A stretch of 63,976 nucleotides of DNA, filler included, from an uncultured bacterium (lineage in GTDB: Bacteria > CAZDME01 > JAYEMH01): NCBI GenBank assembly GCA_964506785.1. It is 3 parts of 3 records of this genome, joined end to end, with 100 filler letters (N's around TTAATTAATTAA, not from the genome) between each part and the next. Parts side by side here need not be neighbours in the genome. Positions count along the whole stretch, not along the records: positions 51,312 to 63,976 come from CAZDME010000041.1; 2 more parts are not named here. One strand, given 5' to 3'. Within the stretch, counting starts at the first letter, position 1. Each line of letters opens with the position of its first letter. The notes below the pieces were generated by a model that was given only the letters and a program-made list of their open reading frames with translations, was not told where the DNA came from and did no database searches. A program made the translations under genes and the position numbers. Shown here piece by piece: positions 54,603-63,976 of the stretch.

Positions 54603-55739
54603 TTGCCTGGTTTTGAAGCTAAAAGCATTTTAATCGCTAATCCCTACGGGATTGGCGATATTCTTTTTACCACCCCCCTGGTAAGCACCTTAAGAAAGGC
54701 TTTCCCGAAGAGCTATATTGCCTATCTCGTTGGTTCCCGGACCAAAGAGGTTTTGGCGGCCAACCCGGAGATAGATGAAATCTTTGTTTTTGACCGTGAT
54801 GCCTTCCGGGCTAAACCTAAACTTCAAGCCTATAAAGACTTTTTAGGGCTGATAAGGTCCCTTCGAAGGAAAAAATTCAATTTGTATTTTGACCTTTCTA
54901 ATACTTCTATGTATGGTTTTCTTAGCTTTATTTTAGGCATCAGGTGGCGGATTGGCTTTAATTATAAAAAGAGGGGGAGATTTTTGAATTTCAAGATGCC
55001 TCTTAATGGGTTTGAAGATAAACACGTAATTGAATATTATTTAAGTCTTCTTGATTTTCTGCCGGGAAGGATAAAAAAAGAAAAAGTCTCCAAATTTTAT
55101 CTGCCCGGGGAGATAGAAAACTGGGCGGAGGAATTTCTCAAGCTGCATAATCTAAAGGGAAGTGTTCTAATCGGCATTCATCCCGGGGGTGGAAAAAGCT
55201 GGGGAAAAATGGCCCATTTCCGCTGGTGGCCTGAAGAGAGATTCTTCTCTTTAGCTAAGATTTTAATCAAGAAATACCAGGCAAAAATAATAGTTTTCTC
55301 TGAACCTCGAGAGGCGCCTGCCAAAGGCAGGGAGCCCAGGATTTTTTCAGAAAGAGCTGAATTACCTTCAAGCGAGCAGGCCCAGAATGGGCTGGATAGA
55401 GGATCTTTTATTTTTCCCAGGGATTTAAGCTTAATCCAATTTGCCGCTTTAATAAAACGGATTCGTTTGCTTATATCTAACGATGGAGGGCCGTTACAAA
55501 TCGCCGTAGCCGTCGGGACGCCGACAGTTTCCATTTTCGGCCCAGTTTCCGAAGTTGTCTATGGCCCATATCCGCCGAACGAAAAACATGAAATTGTTAG
55601 CAAAGGATTAGACTGTCAGCCTTGCTACCGAAAATTTTCCTTTAACCCTTGCCGCCAGCGAAAATGTTTAGATGAGCTTACTGAAAATGAAGTTTTAGCT
55701 AAAGTGGAAAGGGTTTTGAGCCACAAAGCCAATGCCTAA
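54603..55739 (+). CDS. GT9 LPS heptosyltransferase (WaaF/WaaQ-like)
   Basis: GIGDILFTTP, GIHPGG, W..ERF, ISNDGGPLQIA.AVGTPTVSIFGP, CQPC...C...C. Confidence 0.92.
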   Translation: MPGFEAKSILIANPYGIGDILFTTPLVSTLRKAFPKSYIAYLVGSRTKEVLAANPEIDEIFVFDRDAFRAKPKLQAYKDFLGLIRSLRRKKFNLYFDLSNTSMYGFLSFILGIRWRIGFNYKKRGRFLNFKMPLNGFEDKHVIEYYLSLLDFLPGRIKKEKVSKFYLPGEIENWAEEFLKLHNLKGSVLIGIHPGGGKSWGKMAHFRWWPEERFFSLAKILIKKYQAKIIVFSEPREAPAKGREPRIFSERAELPSSEQAQNGLDRGSFIFPRDLSLIQFAALIKRIRLLISNDGGPLQIAVAVGTPTVSIFGPVSEVVYGPYPPNEKHEIVSKGLDCQPCYRKFSFNPCRQRKCLDELTENEVLAKVERVLSHKANA

Positions 55740-55791
55740 CTGGAAATAAAAACCACCGCTTATCCGGGCTTATTTATATCTGCGATTAAAA

Positions 55792-56934
55792 ATGCGCGTT
55801 GCTATTGATGTCAAGTCTACCTTAAAAGAAAAAGTTACCGGGATAGGTTCCTATACGCTTAGGCTGATTAAAGCCTTAAGCAGTATCGATTCTCACAATT
55901 CCTACCTGCTTTTCAGCCATAGCGGGTCATTTAATTCCAAGGCAAGTTTTCCTCTAAGCGATTTGCCTGAGAATTTTTATCTAAGGGAAAAAAGATTATC
56001 GGGGAAACTACTCTTTTTTTTATTGAATAAGGGTAGATTACCACTTGACTATTTTTTGGGAGAGGTGGATATTTTCCAAAGTACCGAGTCTAAATATCCT
56101 CATCCCAAAAGGGCTAAGTTAGTTTACTTTTTGGCCGATGTTATTCCTTTAGTCCATCCGGAGTTCTATGAGTTTCAAGAAGTGGATTCGTTCAGGCAGC
56201 AAATGAGAGCCCTTTTAGATAAAGCAGACGGCTTAATTACCCCTTCTTTATCCAGCCAAAAGGATATGGCTAAGTTCTTCCCCGGTTTTATTAAGCCAGT
56301 CGGGGTAATTCCCATAGGCATAGAGAAGGAATTTAGACCGCTCAATGGTTTTAATCAAAACGGTTTCCGCAGGAAGTATGGCTTGTCCAAAAAAATTATA
56401 CTTTCGGTGGGAACACTGGAAAGAAGGAAAAATTTCGAGGTTTTGCTTAAGGCTTTTAAAGAAATAAGAGAAAAAGGGCTAAACTATCAATTGGTAATTA
56501 TTGGCGATAAAATAAAAGGCTCGGAAAAAATATTAAATTTATCCCGGGACCTGGGTATTTCCCGGGAGGTTGTTTTTACCGGATATATTCCCAAAGAGGA
56601 TTTGGTCTATTTTTATAATTTAGCCGAAGTTTTTGTTTATCCCTCGGTTTATGAAGGCTATGGCCTGCCGCCACTGGAGGCGATGGCTTGCGGTCTGCCC
56701 GTAATTGTATCCCGAAGTAGTTCCTTACCCGAAGTAGTAGGGGAAGGTGCTTTGTTTTTTGAGCCAAGCGAGGCCTCTGATTTATCTTCCAGAATAGAGA
56801 CGCTTTTAGTTTCTCCCGGTCTTAGAGAGGCGTTAAAAAATAAAGGTTTCAAACGGGCAAAGGAATTGAGCCTGGAAAAGATGGGAAGAGAAACGGTCGC
56901 TTTTTATGGGGAGATATTAAGAAGGGGAGTTTAA
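55792..56934 (+). CDS. GT4 glycosyltransferase
   Basis: VGTLERRKN, FVYPSVYEGYGLPPLEAMACG. Confidence 0.93.
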   Translation: MRVAIDVKSTLKEKVTGIGSYTLRLIKALSSIDSHNSYLLFSHSGSFNSKASFPLSDLPENFYLREKRLSGKLLFFLLNKGRLPLDYFLGEVDIFQSTESKYPHPKRAKLVYFLADVIPLVHPEFYEFQEVDSFRQQMRALLDKADGLITPSLSSQKDMAKFFPGFIKPVGVIPIGIEKEFRPLNGFNQNGFRRKYGLSKKIILSVGTLERRKNFEVLLKAFKEIREKGLNYQLVIIGDKIKGSEKILNLSRDLGISREVVFTGYIPKEDLVYFYNLAEVFVYPSVYEGYGLPPLEAMACGLPVIVSRSSSLPEVVGEGALFFEPSEASDLSSRIETLLVSPGLREALKNKGFKRAKELSLEKMGRETVAFYGEILRRGV

Positions 56935-57072
56935 AATTTCAAATTTTCTGCCTATCGAGGTTTTATACATTGCAAAAAACCCTAGATGCCGTTAGCTTTG
57001 CATCCGAACACTATAGATTCGTTTGTTATTTGTGATTTGGTTATTGGAATTTATTTAGTGGATGGGTTTTAG

Positions 57073-58014
57073 GTGGATACCATTTTTAAAATAGACAGAC
57101 TAAAATTAATGTTTTTAATCACCCTGGCAGCCTGCCTGTTTTCCCAATCGGGCTGCGGATTAGCCAAAAAGTTCATCCGTCCCTTCCCTAAAGAGAAAAA
57201 GATATTGACCGGGGGGAAAAACAAAAGAGGAGGATTATTTTCCCGGAAGGGGAAGGAACCAGTGGCTGAGGCTGAGGGAGAACTTAAAATTATTAAAAGA
57301 ATCGAACCGGAGCGGGATTTAGTCCAGCTCCCTTTTTCTCCGGAAGAAAAACTTGTTTACGGAGTAAAATGGCGGGGTATACCGATTGGGGAAATCCGTT
57401 TAATGGTAGACGGCCTCTATCAGTTGAATAATGGAAGAAGAGTTTATCGTTTGGTCTACGAAGCTTCTACCAATCCGCTTTTTGATACTGTTTACAAGGT
57501 GAGAGACCAAATAGTTTCATATTTCGATTGTCAAGAATTGATACCCTGGAAAACAGAAAAGCATCTTCGTGAGGGCGGATATCGCCGCCAGGAAATTATT
57601 GAACTTGACCGGGAAAATAATCAAGCTATTTATCTGACCAGCCAGCCGCTTGAAATCGCCGAGATAAAACCTGGAGCCCAGGATATACTTTCTTGCTTCT
57701 ATTATTACCGGACCAAAGATATAGAAACAGGGAAGAGTGAACGGATGTTTGTTTTTTCCGATAGGAAAAACTGGAATTTGGAATTAAAGGCCCTGCAGAA
57801 AAAAAGGATTAATACCTATTTAGGAAAGTTTGATTCAATTCTAGTTGCGCCTGAAGCTAAGTTCCGCGGTGTTTTTTTTAGAAAGGCAAAAATGCAATTA
57901 TACCTTAAGGATGATAAATCGAAAATTCCTCTGGTGATAACAGCTAAGCGGTCTTTTTTTGGGTCGATTACGGCAACTTTAATGAGAATGGACAAGAAAG
58001 AGGAGGAGATATAA
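57073..58014 (+). CDS. DUF3108 family lipoprotein
   Basis: Lipobox-like SGC; E.L.Y.VKW.GI..G, YKVRD..S, QDILS.FY..R, IPL. Confidence 0.8.
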   Translation: MDTIFKIDRLKLMFLITLAACLFSQSGCGLAKKFIRPFPKEKKILTGGKNKRGGLFSRKGKEPVAEAEGELKIIKRIEPERDLVQLPFSPEEKLVYGVKWRGIPIGEIRLMVDGLYQLNNGRRVYRLVYEASTNPLFDTVYKVRDQIVSYFDCQELIPWKTEKHLREGGYRRQEIIELDRENNQAIYLTSQPLEIAEIKPGAQDILSCFYYYRTKDIETGKSERMFVFSDRKNWNLELKALQKKRINTYLGKFDSILVAPEAKFRGVFFRKAKMQLYLKDDKSKIPLVITAKRSFFGSITATLMRMDKKEEEI

Positions 58015-58965
58015 ATGGCAAAAAAACATAAATCGATCGATTTTAGGAAAATAAAGACTGTTTCTCTTAAAGAAAGAAAAAACAAGGTCAAAATGGAAAA
58101 TTTTGCCAAGGTTTGCTCTAAGGGAGGCGGTTTTAAAGAATTTTTGGATTCCCTCCCCAAAATTTTAACTGGAAATGATATCCGAGATGTGTTAAACTCT
58201 ATAGGACGGGCTTATCAAACGAAGAAAATAATTCTTTTTTCTCTTGGGGCCCATGTGATAAAGTGCGGGCTGAATCCCGTCATTATAGACCTTATACATA
58301 AAAGGGTTATTGATGGGCTGGCCCTGAACGGAGCCGGGCTCATTCATGATGTGGAAATCGCCTTAATTGGGGCGACTTCCGAAAATGTCAATTCCGGATT
58401 AGCTAATGGCACCTTTGGCATGGCCAGAGAGACGGCTGAGTTAATTAATAAAGCTGTAAGCGAAGCCGGCCAGAAAAATAAAGGGATTGGGGAAGTCGTT
58501 GGGGATAAACTGCTTACCCTTAAAGCACCTAATAATTCCGTAAGCATTGTTGCCCAAGCCAGGGCTTTAGATATCCCGATAACTATCCATCCAGCTATAG
58601 GGACTGATATAGTTCACCAGCATCCAGGTGTAGACAGCCAGGCTTGGGGAAAGGCCGGTTTTTCGGATTTTCGCCTTTTTATTAAATTGGTCAGCCAGCT
58701 TGAAGGGGGAGTTTTTATTAATGTCGGTTCGGCAGTAATTATGCCAGAGGTTTTTTTAAAAGCTTTAACTGTAGCCCGCAATTTAAAGTTCAAAGTAAAA
58801 AAATTCACTACTGTCAATATGGACCAAATAGAACACTATCGTTCTAAAATGAATATTGTCAAGAGGCCGACTGAACTCGGCGGACAGGGATATTATTTAA
58901 TTGGCCGGCATGAGGTCATGGTTCCTTTTTTAGCCAGAGCGATAAAGGAAGAGTTGGATTTATGA
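58015..58965 (+). CDS. Conserved protein, deoxyhypusine-synthase-like fold
   Basis: GAHVIKCGL, NGAG.IHD.E, G.FGMA.ET, HPAIGTDI.HQHP, GSAVIMPEVFLKAL, GRHE.M.P. Confidence 0.7.
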   Translation: MAKKHKSIDFRKIKTVSLKERKNKVKMENFAKVCSKGGGFKEFLDSLPKILTGNDIRDVLNSIGRAYQTKKIILFSLGAHVIKCGLNPVIIDLIHKRVIDGLALNGAGLIHDVEIALIGATSENVNSGLANGTFGMARETAELINKAVSEAGQKNKGIGEVVGDKLLTLKAPNNSVSIVAQARALDIPITIHPAIGTDIVHQHPGVDSQAWGKAGFSDFRLFIKLVSQLEGGVFINVGSAVIMPEVFLKALTVARNLKFKVKKFTTVNMDQIEHYRSKMNIVKRPTELGGQGYYLIGRHEVMVPFLARAIKEELDL

Positions 58966-59960
58966 AAATTGACTTAAGGCATCTTAAAAATGTTATTAAG
59001 AAATTTTCCCAGACAAAAGTTCTTGTCCTGGGCGACGTGATGCTTGATGAATTTATCTGGGGAAAGGTTTCCCGTATTTCTCCCGAAGCGCCAGTTCCGG
59101 TGGTAGATATTCATTCAGAATCAATGATGCCCGGGGGAGCGGCTAATGTCCTGGCAAATCTTAATAGTTTAGGCGCGGAGTCTTATTTGGCCGGGGTAGT
59201 CGGAAAGGACAGGGCCGGAGAGGTCCTTCGCCAAGAGGTACTGAAGAGGAAAGTAAGTGACGAAGGTTTGATAGTTGACCCGAAAAGGAAAACTATTTCT
59301 AAAAGCCGTCTTATTGCTCATAGCCAGCAAGTGGTAAGAATGGACCGCGAAACTCGAGAAGAAATTAAAGGGGAAATTTTTAATCAGTTAATGCGTTATC
59401 TTAAAAGCATGATTCCCAAAATAGATGCCTTGATTATTTCCGATTATGGTAAGGGAGTAGTTACCGAAAGGCTGCTTAAAGAATTACTTCCCATGGCCCG
59501 CCTGGCTAAGAAGCGGGTTGCGATTGATCCTAAATTAGGTAATTTTTTTAATTATCGCGGGGTAACTATGATTACTCCCAACCAGAATGAGGTGGAGAGG
59601 GCTATGGGGATAGAAATTAAAAATGAGAGAGATTTATTTAAAGCCGGAAAGGAGGTTTTAAAACGGCTTAACTGTGAAAGTCTTTTGATTACCCGCGGGG
59701 AAGAAGGAATGACTCTTTTTGAACCTAATCGTCATCCGGTAAATATTCCGACGGTAGCGCGAGAAGTTTACGATGTAACCGGGGCCGGCGATACGGTTAT
59801 AAGTACCCTTACCTTAGCTTTAAGCCTCGGTCTGAACAAGGAAGAAGCCGCCCATCTGGCTAATTTGGCTGCCGGGATCGTTGTCGGTGAGATTGGGACG
59901 GCTACCTTAACTCAAAAAGAACTTGTAGAGGCAATCGAGTTAGAAAATCAAAATACATGA
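58962..59960 (+). CDS. rfaE1: D-glycero-beta-D-manno-heptose-7-phosphate kinase (HldA)
   Basis: GDVMLD, RISPEAPVPV, GGAANV, SDYGKG, TPN, DVTGAGDT. Confidence 0.96.
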   Translation: MKIDLRHLKNVIKKFSQTKVLVLGDVMLDEFIWGKVSRISPEAPVPVVDIHSESMMPGGAANVLANLNSLGAESYLAGVVGKDRAGEVLRQEVLKRKVSDEGLIVDPKRKTISKSRLIAHSQQVVRMDRETREEIKGEIFNQLMRYLKSMIPKIDALIISDYGKGVVTERLLKELLPMARLAKKRVAIDPKLGNFFNYRGVTMITPNQNEVERAMGIEIKNERDLFKAGKEVLKRLNCESLLITRGEEGMTLFEPNRHPVNIPTVAREVYDVTGAGDTVISTLTLALSLGLNKEEAAHLANLAAGIVVGEIGTATLTQKELVEAIELENQNT

Positions 59961-60682
59961 AAACCATTGGTGTGATTCCAGCGAGATTCGATTCAAGGCG
60001 GCTGCCCGGTAAACCGCTGGCAGAGATTGAAAAAAAACCTCTGATCCAATATGTTTACCAGCAAGCTCAAAAGGTGAAAAATATAGATGAGCTTTTAGTG
60101 GCCACTGATAATGAGAGAATCTTTAATAAAGTCCGCCAATTCGGCGGTAAAGTGAAATTAACTTCGGCTCAATGCCGTTCGGGTTCTGACCGAGTGGCCG
60201 AGGCAATCAAAGATATTAAATGTGAAGTAGTGGTTAATATTCAGGGCGATGAGCCTTTTTTCGAGCCAGAGATGGTTGAAAAGATGATTGGGCTTTTAAC
60301 AAAAAATCCGGAAATTCAAGTTAGCACCCCCTGCGTTAAGATAAAGAAACGTGAAGAGATAAAAGATGAAAATGTGGTAAAAGTGGCTTTAGATAAAGAT
60401 AATTTCGCTATTTATTTTTCACGTTTACCCATTCCTTATTTTCGAGAAGGAAAGGGCAATTTTTTAAAACATTTAGGTTTTTATGCTTTTCGGAGAGATT
60501 TCCTTTTGCAATTTAGCCGCTGGCCGCAAACTCCCTTGGAAAAAGCGGAGAAACTCGAACAGCTTAGAATATTAGAGAATGGCTGCCGGATAAAAGTGGT
60601 TGAGTGTCATTCCGATAGTTTAGGAATCGATGTGCCGGCAGATCTTCAGAGAGCAAAAGAATTTTTAAAAGTTAGAGTTTGA
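59957..60682 (+). CDS. kdsB: 3-deoxy-manno-octulosonate cytidylyltransferase
   Basis: IPARFDSRRLPGKPL, SGSDR, NIQGDEP, YFSR, EKLEQLR. Confidence 0.97.
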   Translation: MKTIGVIPARFDSRRLPGKPLAEIEKKPLIQYVYQQAQKVKNIDELLVATDNERIFNKVRQFGGKVKLTSAQCRSGSDRVAEAIKDIKCEVVVNIQGDEPFFEPEMVEKMIGLLTKNPEIQVSTPCVKIKKREEIKDENVVKVALDKDNFAIYFSRLPIPYFREGKGNFLKHLGFYAFRRDFLLQFSRWPQTPLEKAEKLEQLRILENGCRIKVVECHSDSLGIDVPADLQRAKEFLKVRV

Positions 60683-60685
60683 GCT

Positions 60686-62209
60686 ATGAGTAAAAAAATT
60701 GGATTTGATAACAGCAAATATCTCCAGGAACAAAGCCGGGCAATTCTTGAGAGAGTCAATAGGTTTGACCATAAGCTTTATCTGGAATTTGGGGGGAAAC
60801 TTTGTTTTGATTATCATGCTGCCCGGGTTCTGCCTGGATACGAGCCAACGGTCAAAATGAAACTTTTGCAGCGGCTGAGGGAAAAGATTGATATTGTTTT
60901 TTGCATATATGCCAAAGATGTAGAGAAGGGAAGAATTAGAGGGGACTTTGGCATGACTTATGATATGGCTATATTAAAAACGATAGACGATTTGATGGAT
61001 TGGGATTTAACGGTTTCCTCAGTGGTTATCACCCGTTTTAATAATGAACCGGCGGCGGTTAAATTAATGAATAAGCTTAAGAAGAAGAATATAAAAATCT
61101 ATACCCACGCGGAAATTGAAGGATACCCCGGGGATATCGATAAAATTGTAAGCGAAGAAGGGTATGGAAAAAACGCCTATATAAAAACAACAAAGCCGAT
61201 AGTGATAGTAACAGCCCCCGGCCCGGGGAGCGGGAAACTGGCGACTTGTCTTTCTCAGCTTTATCACAGTCACAAAAGAAACATTAATTCCGGCTATGCT
61301 AAATTTGAAACATTTCCGGTATGGAATCTGCCCTTAAAGCACCCGGCAAATATTGCTTATGAAGCGGCGACGGCTGATATAAAAGATTTTAATTTAGTCG
61401 ACCCTTTCCACCTGGCTGCTTACGATGAAACGGCGATAAATTATAACCGGGATGTGGAAGCCTTTCCCATTTTACAGGCTATTCTAAACAGGATTGTCGG
61501 TAAGGAGGCTAAACAGGGCGTTTATAATTCCCCAACCGAAATGGGGGTCAACAGGGCCGGATTTGCTATTACCGATGATAAGCTGGTAAAGGAAGCGGCC
61601 AAACAGGAAATAATCAGGCGCTACTTCAGATATAACTGGGAGTTTATGATGGGTGTAGGAAGAAAAGAGACGGTAGCCAAGACCGAGCGGCTTATGCAGG
61701 AGATGAAAGTAAAGCCTGAGGATAGGCCAACAGTTTTACCAGCCAGGAAAACGGTGCGCCAGGCAGAGAAAAAAAAGAATGATGATGAAGGAATTTACTG
61801 CGGAGCAGCAATAGAGCTGGCCAACGGGAAAATTGTAACCGGAAAAAACTCTCTATTGTTGCATGCTACCTCAGCGGTTATTTTAAATGCGATAAAGGTT
61901 TTGGCGAAAATCCCGGATAAAATTCCACTTTTGCCGGCATCGGTTATAAAAAGTCTGGCCAATCTTAAAAAAGATGTTTTAGAGATGAAATCAGAAAGTT
62001 TGGATTTAGAAGAAACCTTGGTGGCTCTGTCCATCAGTGCAACAAGCAATCCGGCGGCTGAAGAAGCATTAAATCGACTTAAAGAACTTAGAGAATGTGA
62101 ACTTCATATGACCCATATACCGCCGGCTGGAGATGAAGAAGGATTGAGGAAATTAGGCATAAACGCCACTACCGATGCTCTCCCAACATCCAGATATTTT
62201 TTGAGGTGA
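60686..62209 (+). CDS. DUF1846 (UPF0371) P-loop protein
   Basis: GFDN.KY, KLYLEFGGKL, HAARVLPG, TAPGPGSGK, GYAKFETFP, AYEAATAD, NYNRD, SPTEMGVN. Confidence 0.93.
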   Translation: MSKKIGFDNSKYLQEQSRAILERVNRFDHKLYLEFGGKLCFDYHAARVLPGYEPTVKMKLLQRLREKIDIVFCIYAKDVEKGRIRGDFGMTYDMAILKTIDDLMDWDLTVSSVVITRFNNEPAAVKLMNKLKKKNIKIYTHAEIEGYPGDIDKIVSEEGYGKNAYIKTTKPIVIVTAPGPGSGKLATCLSQLYHSHKRNINSGYAKFETFPVWNLPLKHPANIAYEAATADIKDFNLVDPFHLAAYDETAINYNRDVEAFPILQAILNRIVGKEAKQGVYNSPTEMGVNRAGFAITDDKLVKEAAKQEIIRRYFRYNWEFMMGVGRKETVAKTERLMQEMKVKPEDRPTVLPARKTVRQAEKKKNDDEGIYCGAAIELANGKIVTGKNSLLLHATSAVILNAIKVLAKIPDKIPLLPASVIKSLANLKKDVLEMKSESLDLEETLVALSISATSNPAAEEALNRLKELRECELHMTHIPPAGDEEGLRKLGINATTDALPTSRYFLR

Positions 62210-62231
62210 GAATGATGTCAAGGGGATCTTT

Positions 62232-63062
62232 ATGAAGGAAGTGATAGTAGATAGCGTAAAAATTGGTGCCGGGAATCCGCTTGTTTTAATTGCCGGGCCT
62301 TGTGTTATCGAAAATGAAACCAGCGCTTTAGAACATGCCCGATTAATCAAGAAGGTGGCTGGTAAAGCTGGGATTCCTTTGATATATAAATCGAGTTATG
62401 ACAAGGCCAATCGGACCTCAATAGATTCTTTCCGCGGCCCGGGATTGAAAAAGGGTTTAAAAATTCTTAAAAGAGTTAAAGAAGAATTAAAGATACCTGT
62501 TTTGAGCGATATCCATACCCAGGGAGAAATAAAAGAAGCCGAAAAGGTGTTAGATGTAATCCAGATTCCTGCTTTACTCTGCCGGCAGACAGATTTATTG
62601 CTGGCGGCGGGCCGGACAGGCAAACCAATAAATATAAAGAAGGGTCAATTCTTATCCCCCGAGGATATGGAGCCGATAATAAAAAAGATAGCCTCCACCG
62701 GTAACGAAAATATCCTTCTTACCGAACGGGGAAGCTGTTTTGGCTACCGTAATCTAATCAGTGATTTTCGTTCCCTGGTGATTATGGGGAAATTTAGTTA
62801 TCCGGTAATCTATGATGCTACTCATTCGGTTCAACTGCCGGGTGGAAAGGGTTCTGTCAGCGGAGGTAAAAGAGAATTTATAAAACCCCTGGCTTTGGCT
62901 GCTTCAGCGGTTGGCTGCGATGGAATATTTATCGAGGTTCACCAGCATCCCGAGGAGGCTCTCTGTGACGGGCCTAATAGCCTGCCTCTGGCGGAATTAT
63001 TAGAGCTTATTCAAACTATAAAAGAAATCGACAGGATAACCCATGGTTATAAAAAGAGCTAA
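62232..63062 (+). CDS. kdsA: Kdo-8-phosphate synthase
   Basis: IAGPCVIE, DKANRTS, QIPALLCRQT, KKGQF, ERG, DATHSVQ, CDG. Confidence 0.97.
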   Translation: MKEVIVDSVKIGAGNPLVLIAGPCVIENETSALEHARLIKKVAGKAGIPLIYKSSYDKANRTSIDSFRGPGLKKGLKILKRVKEELKIPVLSDIHTQGEIKEAEKVLDVIQIPALLCRQTDLLLAAGRTGKPINIKKGQFLSPEDMEPIIKKIASTGNENILLTERGSCFGYRNLISDFRSLVIMGKFSYPVIYDATHSVQLPGGKGSVSGGKREFIKPLALAASAVGCDGIFIEVHQHPEEALCDGPNSLPLAELLELIQTIKEIDRITHGYKKS

Positions 63063-63966
63063 GGAAATTCTTAAAATTGAATCCGAAGCCGTTAAAAATT
63101 TAATCAATCGAATTGACGATAAATTTGAAAAGGCGGTAAAGATTATTCTTCGCTGTCAGGGAAGAGTAGTGGTTACCGGAATGGGTAAATCTGGTTTAAT
63201 CGGAAAAAAGATTGCTGCTACTTTAGCCAGTACCGGCACGCCGGCTTTATTCCTTCATCCCGCTGAAGGCATTCATGGCGATTTAGGTATGATGGTTAAG
63301 GGGGACGTGATGATCGCTATTTCCCACAGCGGAGCTACCGAAGAAATAGCCCTTTTAGTCCCGGCGGTAAAAAGGCTGGGCATTAAATTGATTTCTTTAA
63401 CCGGAGATATTAACTCTCTTTTAGCTAAAAACAGCGAAGTAGTTTTGGACATTAGCGTACCCAAGGAGGCCTGTCCTTTTGGTTTAGCTCCGACGGCCAG
63501 TACCACGGCAACTTTAGCTTTAGGAGATGCTCTGGCAATTACTTTGTTAGAGAAAAGAGGTCTTAAAAAAGAAGATTATGCTTTTTTGCATCCGGGGGGC
63601 AGCCTGGGCAAAAAATTACTCAGGGTTTCAGATTTGATGCACCAGGGAGAAGAAATCCCCCAGGTGGGTGAAAATGTTTTAATGCGGAAGGCAATCCTTG
63701 AAATGACGGTTAAACGGCTGGGGGTAACGGCAGTGGTTAACGAAAACGGCGGGTTGGTTGGTGTTATTACCGATGGTGATTTAAGGAGACTTTTGGCTAG
63801 ATCGTCTACTCCTCTGGATTTAAGGGCCAAAGAGGTGATGGGTGGAAGTCCAAAGACGATCAAAAAGGAAGAATTGGCTGAGAAGGCTCTTAAGATGATG
63901 GAGGATAATGCCATTACTTCACTGATGATTTTAGGAAAAGATACGACTTGGATGAGAATGAAGTAG
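63043..63966 (+). CDS. kdsD: Arabinose-5-phosphate isomerase (KpsF/GutQ, SIS+CBS); last residues atypical
   Basis: GMGKSG, EGIHGDLG, EACPFGLAPTAST, HPGG, ITDGDLRR. Confidence 0.95.
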   Translation: MVIKRAKEILKIESEAVKNLINRIDDKFEKAVKIILRCQGRVVVTGMGKSGLIGKKIAATLASTGTPALFLHPAEGIHGDLGMMVKGDVMIAISHSGATEEIALLVPAVKRLGIKLISLTGDINSLLAKNSEVVLDISVPKEACPFGLAPTASTTATLALGDALAITLLEKRGLKKEDYAFLHPGGSLGKKLLRVSDLMHQGEEIPQVGENVLMRKAILEMTVKRLGVTAVVNENGGLVGVITDGDLRRLLARSSTPLDLRAKEVMGGSPKTIKKEELAEKALKMMEDNAITSLMILGKDTTWMRMK

Positions 63967-63976
63967 AAATCAGTTA

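Noticed and set aside
342-63914. Many 60-190 aa ORF-track frames antisense to or nested in called genes (e.g. 11393-11977, 15114-15539, 45446-45919)
   Set aside because: Shadow ORFs of well-supported genes, with no RBS or family motifs.
63930-63976. Novel C-terminus of KdsD (…GKDTTWMRMK*)
   Set aside because: It diverges from the CBS consensus only in the last ~30 nt at the sequence end, so it is most likely an end-of-contig artefact.

Overview
AT-rich, Gram-negative, anaerobic bacterial sequence. It looks like a Candidatus Omnitrophota (OP3) genome bin; this is inferred from the giant multidomain protein, the LPS/Kdo genes and the group-4 hydrogenase with Mrp subunits. The window is three contigs joined by artificial 100-nt N44-TTAATTAATTAA-N44 linkers (26296-26395, 51212-51311), so adjacency across them means nothing. 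Contig 1 (1-26295) holds housekeeping genes, a NikR-headed ECF/TonB-dependent uptake operon with a visible operator, an archaeal-type DRG GTPase/Hel308 helicase pair, and the 3' part of a giant protein. Contig 2 (26396-51211) holds a candidate ~65-nt sRNA, comEA, and a cyclase-less RRE/PqqD RiPP-like cluster with an unannotated 42-aa YxxP precursor. It also holds a 16-kb Rex-boxed operon for a membrane-bound group-4 [NiFe]-hydrogenase/Mrp complex with an NAD(P)H diaphorase. That operon ends in a very unusual maturation set: HycI, a zinc-finger-less HypA, a HypC-HydE fusion, Rex and an intact HydG, with no HypB/D/E/F, HydF or HydA. My top candidate for an undescribed system is therefore [NiFe]-site assembly using [FeFe]-hydrogenase radical-SAM maturases. 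Contig 3 (51312-63976) holds a truncated/chimeric fur, feoA-feoA-feoB and an LPS core/Kdo operon in which DUF1846 sits where pyrG usually lies (kdsB-X-kdsA). All calls come from motif recognition by eye; no database searches were run.
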